From assembly GCF_009914755.1 (NCBI RefSeq), contig NC_060928.1: 64,000 nt of DNA; one strand, given 5' to 3'. The notes beneath the pieces were generated by a model, which saw only the letters and a list, made by a program, of their open reading frames with translations, had not been told where the DNA came from and made no database searches. Of the stretch, positions 41,506-63,080 are shown piece by piece (position 1 is the stretch's first letter; the number at the start of each line of letters is the position of its first letter). The position numbers and the translations under genes were made by a program. This stretch comes from the human T2T-CHM13v2.0 reference genome, Homo sapiens.

Positions 41506-44500
41506 CTATTAATATGCACTTTCATTTTTCTTATTGTTTGTTTATTTATCTACTTACTTTCTTACCTTATTATATAGAAAAAAGTTGGAAAGGCAAGACA
41601 ACAATTTAAGAAAAAAGGTTACTTTGAAGAACAGAATGGTGGGGTCAGGGAAGAGAGGAAGTTTACATTCATTTTTTATTTTATATATGTTGTCATTTGA
41701 ATTTTCCATAAGCTTGTGCTAGTATAACTTTTGAAATATTGTCTAGGTTCTGACATAAAATAATATGTCTCATGTAGAATGGACAGATGTGTATTTTTCT
41801 CTGGGAAACTTGACTTTATTACTATCACTATTTGTACAATGCGTTCAACAGATAAATAAATAGAAGAGAAATAATAACTGCCTACACTTCTTACCTCAAT
41901 GGGGTTTAAACAAGAAAGAAATATGGTTAACATGCATATTTAAGTCAGCCATAAGAAAAAAATATCCTGCTCATAAAGACTATTAGATACTGAAACAATT
42001 TATTAAAGGGGGAAGTGGGATGAAATTATACATCTCCCACAGGGATTTGGAGGACTATATATACAGCCAACCATATAGTGAAAGTTGGATAAAGCCCAGC
42101 TGGGAATTGATGTCCATTTTCATAGCACCATAAATACTGAAGGTTTTCTGGGACATCCTTTAAGTAGTATAGGTTTCTGGTTACACAATTTTTTTAGCTC
42201 TACAGCATTACAAAGGTAGAATAAGAAACTAATGTGAAAAGAGCACTTTAATTACATGAATCAATTCAAATGGGTTTAAAATTCAGAAATCTGCTGAAAG
42301 ATCTATTTCAAGGCTACCATGGAATAAGGTGTAACTGCTGCAGGATCCGGAGTCATGAACAGAAAATAAACAGCTCTCTCCGAAGTTATACAAAACAGTG
42401 AAACATAAAACCATCAGAAACATTTACAGTTTAGCTTTCTTTGGAAATGCAGCCTTCTTGAGGCTAACTTAAACACTACCTCAACATTTATAAACTCAGC
42501 AGATAACATGGCACATAATAGGTAGATTGCCTCTGTTATCCAGGGGCAAATTACCAGGCTGCCAGGGAAACCACTTTCTTGGTGGATCCACTCTGACTTG
42601 GAAAGGAATTTCTGCTCTTAAGGGTGCCTCTAAATAAATTCCCACCTACAGTCATGGGCCTTCTCCCCATATCATTCTCTCAGGATTTAAAAACTGCTAG
42701 CCATATTATCATGTTGAGGATCCCTTATATTGAGAAAATTTAAGAAGACTGATAAGAAAGATGGCTGACTAGAGTTGCCTCATGTTCATCTCCCCAACAA
42801 AAAAGAACCAAAACAATAAAAAACAACTAAATTTCAAGCAGAATGACTAAAGGAGAGCGCTGAAGTACAGTACAGCAAGGGAGTGGTGGAAACCATGTGG
42901 GGCACAAAAACTCAGAGGATGTCACATAAAGAAACACCTTCCCATTCCCCTAGTCAGGATCTGCTCAGAACCAGAATGGACTTCTCCTTGAGGGGAAAGG
43001 GTAAGCTGGAGGCCTCCAGCAGCCCCCATCACCACTGCAGATATCTGCAATCTTTGCTACCAGAGAACATTGCAGTCCTCACAGGTCATGAGCCCAGTTA
43101 GGGAGCTGCCTAGAGTTCACATGGCTGTACTACTTCAGAAAAGGAACTCACATTCTGTCCCACCACCCACCACCTCCCCACAACCCCGTGGCCCAAGCTG
43201 CTTTGCACAGCACCATCTTGAAACTAGAGCCTCTGCTAGAGTGTACCCTTCTCTGGGGGAAGAGTAGCCACTGCATCCCATCATCCCTGAGGCTCTGCCA
43301 TTGTTGCACCACATTCACGTACACAGAAGCAGACCATTCCCTAGCCAAACCACTGAAGCTTGCACCCCACTGAGGTAAAGTTCCCTAAGGGGCACTCCAT
43401 CTCCTGGATCCCAGCTGTTGCTGTATGGTGCCCCATTTCCAGGCTACTAAGAGCTTAGCCCAGGGGAATACCTGCACTCCTGGCACCTGAGCCAATCTGG
43501 TGCCTTGACCCCCAGAAATCTGAGCTTCAGCCTAGTGGAGCGGCCATGCACCCTGGTGCCTAAGCTGATGTAGCACCCAGCTCCTCAGGGACACAAAGCC
43601 CTAGCCCAGCAGAGTAGGTATATGTTCTAACCCCCAAGGACCTGAATCCAGACTTCAGAGAAACCACAGGGCCCCCCAGCATCCCAGCCTCTGGGACCTA
43701 GAACCTGGTCCCAGTAGAGCTGCACCGTCTCCCAGTACCTCACTCCCCAAGGACCTGGAGCTCCTGCACAGCAGAGCAGCTATATACCCCATGCTCCCTA
43801 GTTAATAAAGGAAACCAGGGCCCTGGCCCAGCAGAGCAGCTATGCCCCCAGGCACCTGAGATAATGTGGTACCCTGTTCCAAGGGAAACAGAGCTTTGGC
43901 TGAGCTGTGGCACCCTACTCTGGGCCAGTCACAGCACCCTGACTCCCTGGATGCAGACAAGCCCTTTGGAGTCTGAGCTGTTGAGGTACCCTGCCTCTCT
44001 GGGAAGTTGAGTCATTGTTGCCCTTCTCCCTGCACCCTGAAACAAAGCTAAAGTTGTGTACCCCCATTCCTGGGCCCTTGGTGCTACTGCACTTGGCCTC
44101 ACAGAGCCGATGTCACTACCATGTCCCAGCATCCCAGAGTCCAGAGTCACCACTATGTGGCATCCTCTCTCCTAGTGCCTGGGAAGTTACTGTGCCCTGT
44201 TGGCTCTGGAATCCAAATTTCAGCTGTGCTCTGCTCCCCAGGGCCTGACGTTCTAGAACACCCCTTCTCCCCTGGTGCCATGACAGCTCTGTGCCCTGAC
44301 CCCTAGGACCAGAGTCACAGACATAAACCTGTCCCCGGGTCTAAGCTACTAGGGAGTGCCTCACACTCACAGTCCCCAACTTTGTGGGAGAGTTTCATCT
44401 ACCTGTGCTTCAGTTAGTGAACCTGTGCCCACATCACAGGTGTCACAGTAGTTCAGCAAAACACTGAGTTCTGAACCCCAGCTCCACAGCCACTCCAATC

Positions 44501-45190
44501 ACCTGTGCCCTAGAACACAGCACCACTATCACTGCCTGTGGACCATGTCAGACCTGGCACCAAGAAGGATACGCTCAGCTAAGTCTCCCAACTGTGGGGA
44601 AAAAGAGAATAGAAAAACCCTACCCTTACCACTGGGAACCCTAACCTACAGTGCCACCACTGTTGCCAAAAACTCCTGCAGCCTAGGCCACTGACACACC
44701 TATAATCATCACTGACATTGATCACAGCTGAAGAAGCTACACAGAGAGTCTGTACCCGCCCAGAACCAGAGTCAATGCACCCTGCACAAGTTACACCCTA
44801 AAACTCACCTGCAGGTGAAAGTCTCTCCCTACAAAAGCCACTCTATAAATTGGGAAGAGACAACCATTCTACCAGATACACAGACATCACCACAGTGACA
44901 CTAAAACATTTAAAAAGCAAGTAAACATGATGCCACCAAAGGAAAACAATTGTTCTCCAATAATTGACTCCAAAAAAATGGAAATTTATGAATTGCCTAA
45001 AAAGAAATTCAAAATAGTAATCTTAAAGAGACTTAGCAAGATAAAAGAGAATATAAATAGACAATTGAATTAAACCAGAAAATAATTTATGATCTGAATT
45101 AGAAATTCAACAAAGAGATAAAAATCATAAAAAAGGACCAAACAGAATTCTTGGAGCTGCAGAATTCAATGAATTAAAAAAATATAATTG

Positions 45191-45335
45191 GGCTGGGAAA
45201 GGTAGGTCATGCCTGTAATCCCACCACTTTGGGAGGCCAAGGCAGGAGGGCTGCTTGAGCCCAGGAGTTCCACGCCAGCCTGGGCAACACAGCAAGACCC
45301 TGTCTCTAAAATAATAATAATAAACTATAAAAAAA
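45191..45335 (+). mobile_element. FLAM / Alu left monomer inside L1
   Basis: ggctgggaaaggtaggtcatgcctgtaatccc...gaccctgtctctaaaa. Confidence 0.8.
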
Positions 45336-46297
45336 ATTAAAGAAATAATTGAGAGTTTCAACAGCAGACCAGATCAAGCAGAAGAAAGAATCTGTGAACT
45401 CGAAGACAGTTCTTTTGAAATAAATCCATCAGAGGAAACAAAAGAAAAAATATTGAAAAAGAGTTTAGAAAGCCTGTGGGACTTATAGAGTAGCATTAAC
45501 CATATAAATATTCTCATTATGGTAATTCCAGAAGGATAAGGAATGGAGAAAGGCATAGAAGCTTATTTGATGAAATAATTACTGAAAACTTCTCAAGTCT
45601 TAGGAAAGATAGGGACATCTAGGTCCATGAAACTATAAAGTCCCCAAAAAGGTTCAATCTAAAAAGGACCTAAACAAGGCACACTACAAAAACAAAAACA
45701 ATTGTAAAAGCAGCAAAAGAAAAGAATCAAGTGACATACAAGGGAATCCCCATCAGATTACCAGCGAATTTCTAAACAGAAACTTTGCAGGCAAGGAGAT
45801 AATGGGATGATATATTCAAAGTGCTGAAAGGAAAAATATGAAAAAAACAAAACAAAACCGTTAGTGAAGAATACTACACCCAGCAAAGCTTTCCTTCAGG
45901 AATGAAGGAGAAATAATATTTTCCCCAGATAAGCAAAAGCTGAGGGAATTCATCATTACTAAACCAGCTTCAGAAGAAATGCTTAGGAAAGTTCTTCAGC
46001 TGGAAATGAAAGGATAATTACTCTCATAAAAACATATCAAAGTATAAAACTCACTGGTAGAGGTAAATAATTCAAATTCAGAATACACCATTACTATAAT
46101 GGTGGTGTGTAAATATTTCAAACTTCTACTATGAAAGTTAAAAGTCAAAATATTCAAAAACAAAAATAGTTACACCAACTTGTTAAGAAATACACAATAT
46201 TAAAAGATGCAAATTCTGACATCAAAAATATAAATTGTGGGGGATAGGGAGTAAAAGTCCAGACTACTTTTATGTGACCAAAGTTAAACCATTATCA

Positions 46298-46667
<370 letters not shown>

Positions 46668-48535
46668 TCAAGATAAAAGATAACCACAGAGCAGAAAACT
46701 ATGGCAGATACACAAATGAGAAAAAGAAAAGGAATCAAGGCTTAGTACTAAAGAAAACTACTAAATCACAGAAGCAAACAATAAGAGAAGAGAGGAAAAA
46801 ATGATCTAAAAACAACCAGAAAACAATTAACAAAATGGCAATAGTAAACACTTGCCTATCAATAACAATCTTAAATATAAATGGATTAAAGTCACCAATC
46901 AGAAGATATAGAGTGGCTGAATGGAAAACAACAACAACAAGATCAAACTCTATGCTGCCCACAAAAGACCCATTTTAGCTTTAAGGACACACTTAGGCTG
47001 AAAGCAAAGAGAAGGAAGAAGATAATTCCTGTAAAAAGTAACAACAACAACAAAAAAAGCAGGGGTAGCTATACTTAGATAAAATAGACTTCAAGTCAAA
47101 AACTGGTACAAGAGACAAAGGTTAATATTTAATGTTAAAGAGGTCAATTCATCAAGAGGACATAACAATTATAAATATATACGCACCCAACATTGGAGCA
47201 CCTAAATGTATAAAACAAATATTAACCGTCATGAAGAATAAATAGATAGCAATACAATAATAAGAGTTCAATACCCCCATTTGAACAATGGGTAAGTCAA
47301 CCACATCAAAAATTAATAAGGAAATACTGGACTTGAACCACTCTTTAGATCAAATGGACCTAACACATTTATATAGAACTTTCCATCTAACAGCAACAGA
47401 ATAATATTCTTTAGCACACATAAAACATTCTCCAAGATACACTATATGTGAGGCCACAGTATAGGTCTTAACAAACTTAAGAAGATCACAGTCATATCAA
47501 GTATTGATTCTAACCAAAGTGGTGAGAAACCAGAAATCAGTAATAGGAGAAATATTGCAAAAAAAATCACAAATATATGAAAATTACACAACATGCTCCT
47601 GAACAAACATGGGTCAAGAAAGAAATCAAAAGAAAAATTTAAAAATATCTTGAGACAAACAACAATGGAAACAAAATGTATCTTACCCTATAGGTGAAGC
47701 AATAGCAGTTCTAACAGGAGAGTTTATAGCAATAAATACCTATATTAAAAAGAAGATCCGAAATAAATAGCCTAACATTATACCTCAAGTAACCAGTTAA
47801 AGAACAAACTAAATCCAAAGTTAGCAGAAACAAGGATATAATAAAGACCAGAATACAAATAAATACAGAAGAGAAAAACCATGGAAAAAATAATTTTAAA
47901 AAAGATGGAAAAATAAATAAAGTTGACAAATGCCTAGCTAGATTAACTCAGAAAAAAAAGAGAAGACAAAAATAAATAAAATCAGAAATGAAAGTAGAGA
48001 CATTACTACAGACACTTCAGAAACTGAAGGAATCATAAGGTACTATTATGAACAATTTTATGCCAACAAGTTGGATAACCTAGAGAAAATTGATAAATTT
48101 CTTAAGAAATGTAACATAGTAAAATTGAATAATAAGCAATTAAAGTTTGAACAGACCAATAACAAATAAAGAGACTGAAACAAAATTTCAAACCTTCCAA
48201 CAAAGAAAAGCCCAGAACCAGACGGCTTCATGGCTAAATTCTACAAGTCAAGGAAGAATTATTACCAATACCTCTTAAGCCCACACAAAAAAATTAGAGC
48301 TAAAGGGAATACTTCCCAACATATTTTATAAGGCCAGTATCTCCTCAATATCTAAACTAGACAAAGACACTGCAAGGAAAGAGAACTGCAGGTCAATATT
48401 TCTGATGCACATTGATGTAAAAATCCTCAACAAAATACTAGCATACAAATTTAACAATACATCATAAAGATTATACATCATGAAAAAGTGAAATTTATCC
48501 CTGGCATGTAAGGCTACCTTAACATATGCAAATCA

Positions 48536-50708
48536 AAAATCACAAGCATTTCTTTACACCAACAACAGACAAGCAGAAAGCCAAATCATAAATTAACTCC
48601 CATTCACAATTGCTACAAAGAGAATAAAATAACTAGAAATACAGCTAACAAGGGAAGTGAAGGACCTCTTCAAGGAGAACTACAAACCACTGCTCAAGGA
48701 AATCACAGGACACAAGTGAATGGAAAAACATTCCATGCTCATGGAGAGGAAGAATCAATATCATGAAAATGTCCATACTGCCCAAAGTAATCTATAGATT
48801 CAATGTTATCCCCATTAAACTACGACTGATATTCTTCACAGAATTAGAAAAAAAAAAACTATTTTAAAATTCATATGGAACCAAAAAAGAGCCCATATAG
48901 CCAAGACAATCTTAAGCAAAAAGAACAAAGCTGGAGGCATCATGCTACCCAACTTCAAACTATACTACAAGGCTACAGTAACCAAAACAGCATGGTACTG
49001 GTACCAAAACAGACACATAGACCAGTAGAAAAGAATAGAGAACTCAGAAATAAGACCACACATCTACAACCAGCTGATGTTTGACAAACCTGACAAAAAC
49101 AAGCAATGGGGAAAGGATTCATATTTAACAAATGATGCTGGGAAAACTGGCTAGCCATATGCAGAAAATTGAAACCAGACCCCTTCCTTATGCCTTATAC
49201 AAAAATTAATTCAAAATTTTTTTAATTTTGAATTAAATTAATTCAAAATGAATTAATTCAAAATGAATTAAAGACTTAAATGTAAAACCCAAAACTATAA
49301 AACTATAAAACCCAAAACTATAAAAACCCTAGAAGAAAATCTAGGCAATACCATTCAGCACATAGGCATGGGCAAAGATTTCATGAGACGAAAATGTCAA
49401 AAGCAATTGCAACAAAAGCAAAAATAGACAAATGGAATCTAATTAAACTAAAGAGCTTCTGCACAGCAAAAGTAACTATCCTTAGAGCAAACACACAATC
49501 TACAGAATGAGAGAAAATTTTTGCAATCTATCTATCTGGCAAAGGTCTAATATACAGAGTCTACAAGGATATTAAACAAATTTACAAGAAAAAAACAACC
49601 AACCACATTAAAAAGTGGGTGAAACACATGAACAGACATTTCTCAAAAGAAGACATACATGCAGCCAACAAACATATGAAAAAAAGCTCATCATCACTGA
49701 TTATTAGAGGAATGCAAATCAAAACCACAATGAGATACAATCTCATGCCAGCAGAATGGCAATTATTAAAAAGTCATGAAACAACAGATGTTGGTGAGGC
49801 TGCAGAGAAAAAGGAACACTTTTACACTCTTGGTAGGTGTGTAGATTAATTCAACCATTGTGGACGACAGTGTGGCAATTCCTCAAAGACCTAGAACCAG
49901 AAATACCATTTGACCCAGCAATCACATTACTGGGTATATACCCAAAGGAATATAAATCATTCTATTATAAAGATACATGCACGTGTATGTTCATTGCAGC
50001 ACTATTCACAATAGCAAAGACATGGAATCAACCAAATGTCCATCAATGGTAGACTGGATAAAGAAAATGTGGTGGGGAACATCATACACTGAGGCCTGTC
50101 AGGGGTTGGGGGGCAAGAGGAGGGAGAGCGTTAGGACAAATATGTAATGCATGTGGGGCTTAAAACCTAGAAGACAAATTGATAGGTGGAGCAAACCACC
50201 ATGGCACATGTATACCTATGTAACAAACCTGCACGTTCTGCACATGTATCCCAGAACTTAAAGCAAAATAAAAAATAAGAATATATATATGTAAATTTAT
50301 CAATCCAAAAAAAAAGAAAATGTAGTACATACACACCATAGAATATTATGCAGCCATAAAAAGGAATGAGATCATGTCTTTTGCAGGGACATGGATGGAG
50401 CTGGAAGACATTATCCTCAGCAATCTAATGCAGGAGCGGAAAACCAAATACTGCATGTTCTCACTTATAAGTGGGAGCAGAACAATGAGAACACATGGAT
50501 GCAGCAAGGGGAACAACACACACTGGGGCCAGTTGTGGGAGGGGAAGCAGGGGGAGAAAGAACATCAAGAAAAATAGCTAATGCATGGTGGGCATAATAC
50601 CTAAGTGATAGGTTGATAGGTGCAGCAAACCACCATGGCACAAGTTTACCTATGTAACAAACCTGCATTCCTGCAAATGTACCCCGGATGTTAAAATAAA
50701 ATAAAATG
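48536..50708 (+). mobile_element. 5'-truncated L1PA11-13-like element nested in the L1M
   Basis: 3' half of ORF2 plus 3'UTR (aatagctaatgcatg...aatacctaagtgatagg). TSD acatatgcaaatca at 48522-48535 and 50709-50722. Confidence 0.85.
50074..50312 (+). mobile_element. Very short L1PA8/10-like 3' end nested in the previous L1
   Basis: gcatgtggggcttaaaacctag...ctgcacatgtatcccagaacttaaag. TSD aaagaaaatgt(g/a)gt at 50060-50073 and 50313-50326. Confidence 0.85.
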
Positions 50709-50974
50709 ACATATGCAAATCATATACTATAATATATCACAATAACAGAAAGATAAAAACCTCATGATCATCTCAAATGATGCAAAAAAAGCATTTGCTA
50801 AAGTTCAACATCCTTTCTTCATAAAACCTCTTAATGGTTTATGTGCAGAAAGTTCCTCAACCTAACAAAGACCACTCATGAAAAATTCAGTGCTAACATC
50901 ATAATCAATGGCGAACAACTGAAAAGTTTTTTCCCTAAAATCTGGTATATGGCAGGAATGCTCACTCTTTAAAA

Positions 50975-53900
50975 AAAATTATATTTTGAGTTTTGGGGTA
51001 CATGTGCAGAACGTGCAGGTTTGTTACATAGGTATACACGTGCCATGGTGGTTTGCTGCACCCATCAAACCACCATCTACATTAGTATTTCTCCTAATGC
51101 TATCCCTCCCCCAGCCTCCCACCCCCTGACAGGCCCCAGTGTGTGATGTTCCCCTCCCTGTGTCCATGTATTTTAATTGTTCAACTCCGACTTATGACTG
51201 AGAACATGCAATGTTTGGTTTTCTGTTTTTGTGTTAGTTTGTGGAGAATGATGGTTTTCTTTATCCAGTGTATAATTGATGGGCATTTGGGTTGGTTCCA
51301 AGTCTATGCTATTGTGAACACTGCCACAATAAACATATGTGTGCATGTATCTTTACAGTAGAATAATTTATAATCCTTGGGGTATATACCCAGTAACGGG
51401 ATTGCTGGGTCAAATGGTATTTCTAGTTCTAGATCCTTGAGGAATCACCACACTGTCTTCCACAATGATTGAACTAATTTACACTCCCACCAACAGTGTA
51501 AAAACGTTCCTATTTATCCACATCCTCTCCAGCATCTGTTGTTTCCTGACTTTTTAATGATCGCCATTCTAACTGGCATGAGATGGTACATCATTGTAGT
51601 TTTGATTTGCATTTCTCTGATGACCAGTGATAATGAGCATTTTTTCATGTTCGTTGGCTGCATAAAGGTCTTCTTTTGAGAAGTGTCTGTTCATATCCTT
51701 TGCCCACTTTTTGATGGGGTTGTTTTTTTCTTGTAAATTTGTTTAAGTTATTTGTAGATTCTGGATATTAGCCCTTTGTCAGATAGATAGATTGCTAAAA
51801 TTTTCTCCCATTCTGTAGGTTGCCTGTTAACTCTGATGATAGTTTTTCTTTACTGTGCAGAAGCTCTTTAGTCTAATTGGATCCCATTTGTCTATTTTGG
51901 CTTCTGTTGCCATTGCTTTTGGTGTTTTAGACATGAAGTCTTTGACCATGCCTATGTCCTGAATGGTATTGCCTAGGTTTTCTTCTATGGTTTTTATGGT
52001 TTCAGGTATTGCGTTTAAGTCTTTAATCCATCTTGAGTTGATTTTTGTGTAGGTGTAAGGAAGGAATCCAGTTTCAGCTTTCTGCATATGGCTAGCCAGT
52101 TTTCCCAACACCATTTATTAAATAGGGAATTCTTTCCCCATTGCTTGTTTTTGTCAGGTTTGTTAAAGATCAGATGGTTGCAGATGTGTGGTGCTATTTC
52201 TGAGGCCTCTGTTCTGTTCCATTGGTCTATATATCTGTTTTGGTACCAGTACCGTGCTGTTTTGGTTACTATAGCCCTGTAGTATAGTTTGAAGTCAGGT
52301 AGTGTGATGCCTCCAGCTTTGTTCTTTTTGCTTAGGATTGTCTTGGCTATGCAGACTCTTTTTTGGTTCCATATAAAATTTAAATTAGTTTTTTTTCCAA
52401 TTCTGTGAAGAAAGTCAATGGTAGCTTGATGGGGATAGCTCTGAATCTATAAATTACTGTGGGCAGTATGATCATTTTCACAATATTGATTCATCCTATC
52501 CATAAGCATGGAATGTTTGTCCATTTGTTTGTGTCCTCTCTGATTTCCTTGAGTCATGGTTTTTGTGATCCTTGAAGAGGTCCTTCATATCCCTTGCAAG
52601 TTGAATTCCAATTATTTTATTGTCTTTGTAGCTATTGTGAATGGGAGTTCATTCATGATTTGGCTCTGTTTGTCTGTTATTGGTGTATAGGAATGCTTGT
52701 GATTTTTGCAGATTGACTTTGTATCGTGAGACTTTGCTGAAGTTGCTTATCTGCTTAAGAAGATTTTGGGCTGAGATGATGGGGTTTTCTAAATATACAA
52801 TCATGTCATCTGCAGAGAGAGACAATTTGACTTCCTCTCTTCCTAATTGAACACCTTTATTTCTTTCTCTTGCCTGATTACCCTGATGAGAACTTCCAAT
52901 ACTACGTTGAAAAGGAGTGGTGAGAGAGGGCATACTTGTCTTGTGTTGGCTTTCAAAGGAAATGCTTCCAGTTTTTGCCCATTCATTATGATATTGGCTG
53001 TGGGTATGTCATAAATAACTCTCAATATTTTGAGATACATTACATCAATACATAGTTTATTGAGAGTTTTTAGCATGAAGCACTGTTGAATTTTGTCAAA
53101 GGTGTTTTCTGCATCTATTGAGATAATCATGTGGTTTTTGTCATTGGTTCTGTTTATGTGATGGATTACGTTTATTGATTTGCATATGTTGAACCAGCCT
53201 TGTATTCCTGGGATGAAGCTGGCTTGATCATGGTGGATAAGCTTTTTGACATGCTGCTGGATTCGGTTTCCCAGTATTTTATTGACGATTTTCACATCAA
53301 TGTTCATCAGGTATATTGGCTTAAAATTTTCTTTTTGTGTTGTGTCTCTGTCAGGTTTTGGTATCAGGATGATGCTGGCCTCATAAAATGAGTTAGGGAG
53401 GATTCCCTCTTTTTTTATTGATTGGAATAGTTTCAGAAGGAATGGTACCAGCTCCTCTTTGTAACTGTGGTAGAATTTGGCTATGAATCTCTCTGGTCCT
53501 GGACTTTTTTTAGTTGGTAGGCTATTAATTGCTGACTCTATTTCAGAACTTGTTATCGGTCTATTCAGGGATTCAACTTCTTCCTGGTTTAGTCTTGGGA
53601 GCGTGTATGTGTCCAGGAATTTATCCATTTCTTCTACATTTTCTAGTTTATTTGCATAGAGGTGTTTATAGTATTCTCCGATGGTAGATTGTATGTCTGT
53701 GGGATCGGTGGTGATATATCCTTTATCATTTTTTATGGTATCTATTTGATTCTTCTCTCTTTTCTTCTTTGTTAGTCTGCCTAGCGGTCTATCTATTTCG
53801 TTAATCTCTTCAAAAAACCAGCTCCTGGATTCACTGATTTTTTTGAAGTGTTTTTTATGTCTCTATCTCCTTCAGTTCTGCTCGATCTTAGTTATTTCTT

Positions 53901-55191
53901 GCCTTCTGCTAGCCTTTGAATTTCTTTGCTCCTGCTTCCCTAGTTCTTTTCAATGTGATGTTAGGGTATCGATTTTAGATCTTTCCTGCTTTCTCTTGTG
54001 GGCATTTAGTGCTATAAATTTCCCTCTGCACACTGCTTTAAAAGTGTCCCAGAGATTCTGGTACATTGTGTCTTTGTTCTCACTGGTTTCAAAGAACATC
54101 TTTATTTCCGCCTTTATTTCCTTATTTACCCAGTAGTCATTCAGGAGGAGGTTGTTCAGTTTCCATGTAGTTGTGTGGTCTTGAGTGAGTTTCTTAATCC
54201 TCAGTTCTAATTTGATCATACTGTGGTCTGAGAGAATGTTTGTTATGATTTCTGTTCTATTGCATTTTTTGAGGAGTGTTTTACTTCCAATTATGTGGTC
54301 AATTTTAGAATCAGTGTGGTGTGGTGCTGAGAAGAATGTATATTCTGTTAATTTGAGGTGGAGAGTTCTGCAGATGTCTATTAGGTCCGCTTGGTCTAGA
54401 GCTGAGTCCATCTCCTAAATATCCTTGTGAATTTTCTGTTTCATTGATCTGTCTAATATTGAAAGCAGCATGTTAAAGTCTCCCACTATTATTGTGTGGG
54501 AGTCTACATCTCTTTGTAGGTCTCTAAGAACTTGCTTTATGAATCTGGGTGCTCCTATTGGGTACATATATATTTACTATAGTTAGCTCTTCTTGTTGCA
54601 GTGATCCCTCTACCATTATGTAATGCCCTTCTTCGTCTCTTTTGATCATTCTTAGTTTAAGGTCTCTTTGTGTCAGACTAGAATTGCAACCCTTGGTTTT
54701 TTTTTTGTTTGTTTGTTTGTTTTGCTTTCCATTTGCTTGGTAAATATTCCTCTATCCCCTTATTTTGAGCCTATGTGTGTCCTTGCATGTGAGATGGGTC
54801 TCCGGAATACGGCACAACAATGGCTCTTGACTCTTTATCCAATTTGCCAGTCTGTGTCTTTTAATTGGGGCATTTAGCCCATTTACATTTAAGTTTAATA
54901 TTGTTATGTGTGAAATTGATCCTGCCATTATGATGCTAGCTGGTTATTTTGCCCGTTAGTTGATGCAGTTTCTTCAAAGCATCGATGGTCTTTACAATGT
55001 GGCATGTTTTTGCAGTGGCTGGTACCAGTTGACCTTTTCTATGTTTAGAGTTTCCTTCAGGAGCTCTTGTAAGGCAGGCCTGTTGGTGACAAAATCTCTC
55101 AGCATTTGTTTGTCTGTAAAGAATTTTATTTCTCCTTCACTTATGAAGCCTTTTTGGCTGGATATGAAATTCTGGGTTGAAAATTCTTTTC
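50975..55191 (-). mobile_element. L1PA7-like element, 3' portion (ORF2 and end of ORF1)
   Basis: 3'UTR gtacatgtgcagaacgtgcaggtttgttacataggtatacacgtgccatggtgg. Minus-strand ORF2 fragments at 52843-53628 and 53950-54411. Confidence 0.9.
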
Positions 55192-61350
<6,159 letters not shown>

Positions 61351-62325
61351 GAAAATTCTTTTCTTTAAGTATGTTAAATATTGGCCCCTACTCTCTTCTG
61401 GCTTGTAGGGATACTGCCAAGAGATCCACTGTTAGTCTGATGGGTTTCCCTTTGTGGGTAACCCAACCTTTCTCTCTGCCTGCCCTTAACATTTTTTCCT
61501 TCATTTCAACCTTGGTGAATCTGACGTTTATGTGTCTTGGGGTTGCTCTTCTCAAGGAGTATCTTCGTGGTGTTCTCTGTATTTCCGGAATTTGAACGTT
61601 GGCCTGTCTTGCTAGGTTGGGGAAATTCTCCTGGATAATATCCTGAAGAGTGTTTTCCAACTTGGTTCCATTCTCCCCATCACTTTGAGGTACACCAATC
61701 AACTGTAGGTTTGCTCTTTTTGTATAGTGCCACATTTCTTGGAGGCTTTGTTTCTTTTCATTCTCTTTTCTCTAATCTTGTCTTCTTGCTTTATTTCATT
61801 CAGTTCATCTTCAATCTCTGATATCCTTTCTTCTGCTTGATCGATTCAGCTATTGATACTTGTGTATGCTTCATGAAGTTCTCGTGCTGTGTGTTTTAGC
61901 TCCATGAGGTCATTTATGTTCTTCTCTAAACTGGTTATTCTAGTTCGCTATTCGTCTAACCTTTTGTCAAGGTTCTTAGCTTTCTTGCATTGAGTTAGAA
62001 CATGCTCCTTTAGTTCGGAGGAGTTTGTTATTACCCACCTTCTGAAGCCTACTTCTGTCAATTTGTCAAACTCATTCTCCATCCAGTTTTGTTCCCTTGC
62101 TAGCGAGGATTTGTGATCCTTTGGAGGAGAAGAGATGTTCTCATTTTTGGAATTTTCAGGCTTTTTGTGCTGGTTTCTCCCCATCTTCATGATTTTATCT
62201 ACCTTTGGTCTTTGAAGTTGGTGACCTTCGGCTGGGGTCTCTGAGTCCTTTTTGTTGATGTTGATACTATTCCTTTCTGTTAGTTTTCCTTCTAACAGTT
62301 AGGACTCTCTGCTGCAGGTCTGCTT
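61351..62325 (-). mobile_element. L1PA7-like element, 5' portion (ORF1 and end of 5'UTR)
   Basis: Minus-strand ORF1 fragments (MGRNQHKKPENSK, LIGVPQSDGENGTKLENTLQDIIQENFPNL) collinear with the element broken at 55191. Confidence 0.9.
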
Positions 62326-62680
62326 AAAGTCCATCCATGTTGTGGCAAATGGATATCCTTTTTAAAGGCTGAATAATATTTCATTATATATTAACCCATT
62401 ATATACATATGTATTTTTTAAATTTTTTTATTTTTTCAAAAAATCATTGCCAACGCCAGTGTCAGAGAGCCTTTTCCCTATGTTCTCTTCTAAGAGTGTT
62501 ATGGTTTCACATCTTACATTTAGGTCTTTTATCCATTTTGAGTTTATTTTTGTATATAGTGTAACATAAGGGTTCAATTTCATTCTTTGTATGTGGACAT
62601 CCAATTTTCCCAGCAGCATTTATTGAGACTATTCTTTCCCATTGTGTCATCTTGATGCCCTTGTCAAATATTTCGTGTAC
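62326..62680 (-). mobile_element. Old L1M fragments
   Basis: tccatccatgttgtggcaaatgg, atccattttgagtttatttttgtatat, caattttcccagcagcatttattgagact. Confidence 0.7.
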
Positions 62681-62689
62681 AGGATCTAT

Positions 62690-63080
62690 TACATAATAAG
62701 CACACATACTAATTATCTTTTAAATACAAAGTACCAGCTGTTTTGTATGAAGTCAGACATTAGACATGTGCAAAGATGTAAAATAATGCCACTCTTTTCA
62801 CTACCTTATTTTGTTTTAGAAAATATAGTTATTTTTTGTAAAAATGTCACTTTTGTTAACATATAATGGGTTTATTATTATCTCAATATGAATTAATAAA
62901 TATTTTAAAATACTCCTTGCTTTCTTTTCTAACACGTTGTTTTGTATCTATCCAGCTATCCATTCACCTATCCCACATGTATCAATAGATGTAATCCACA
63001 TAAACAAAAATTATTGAGGAACTCTTTAGGTTTTTAAGACTGTAAACAGGTTCTAAGACCAAGAAGTTTGAGAACTTATG
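62690..63080. mobile_element. hAT-Charlie-like DNA transposon end
   Basis: cagacattagacatgtgcaaagatgtaaaataatgccactctt...gaccaagaagtttgagaac resembles the Charlie1 terminus. Confidence 0.55.

Noticed and set aside
42883-44306. GC-rich region with several short ORFs as a promoter or gene
   Set aside because: CpG-depleted and positioned as the 5'UTR of the old L1M element beginning at about 42758.
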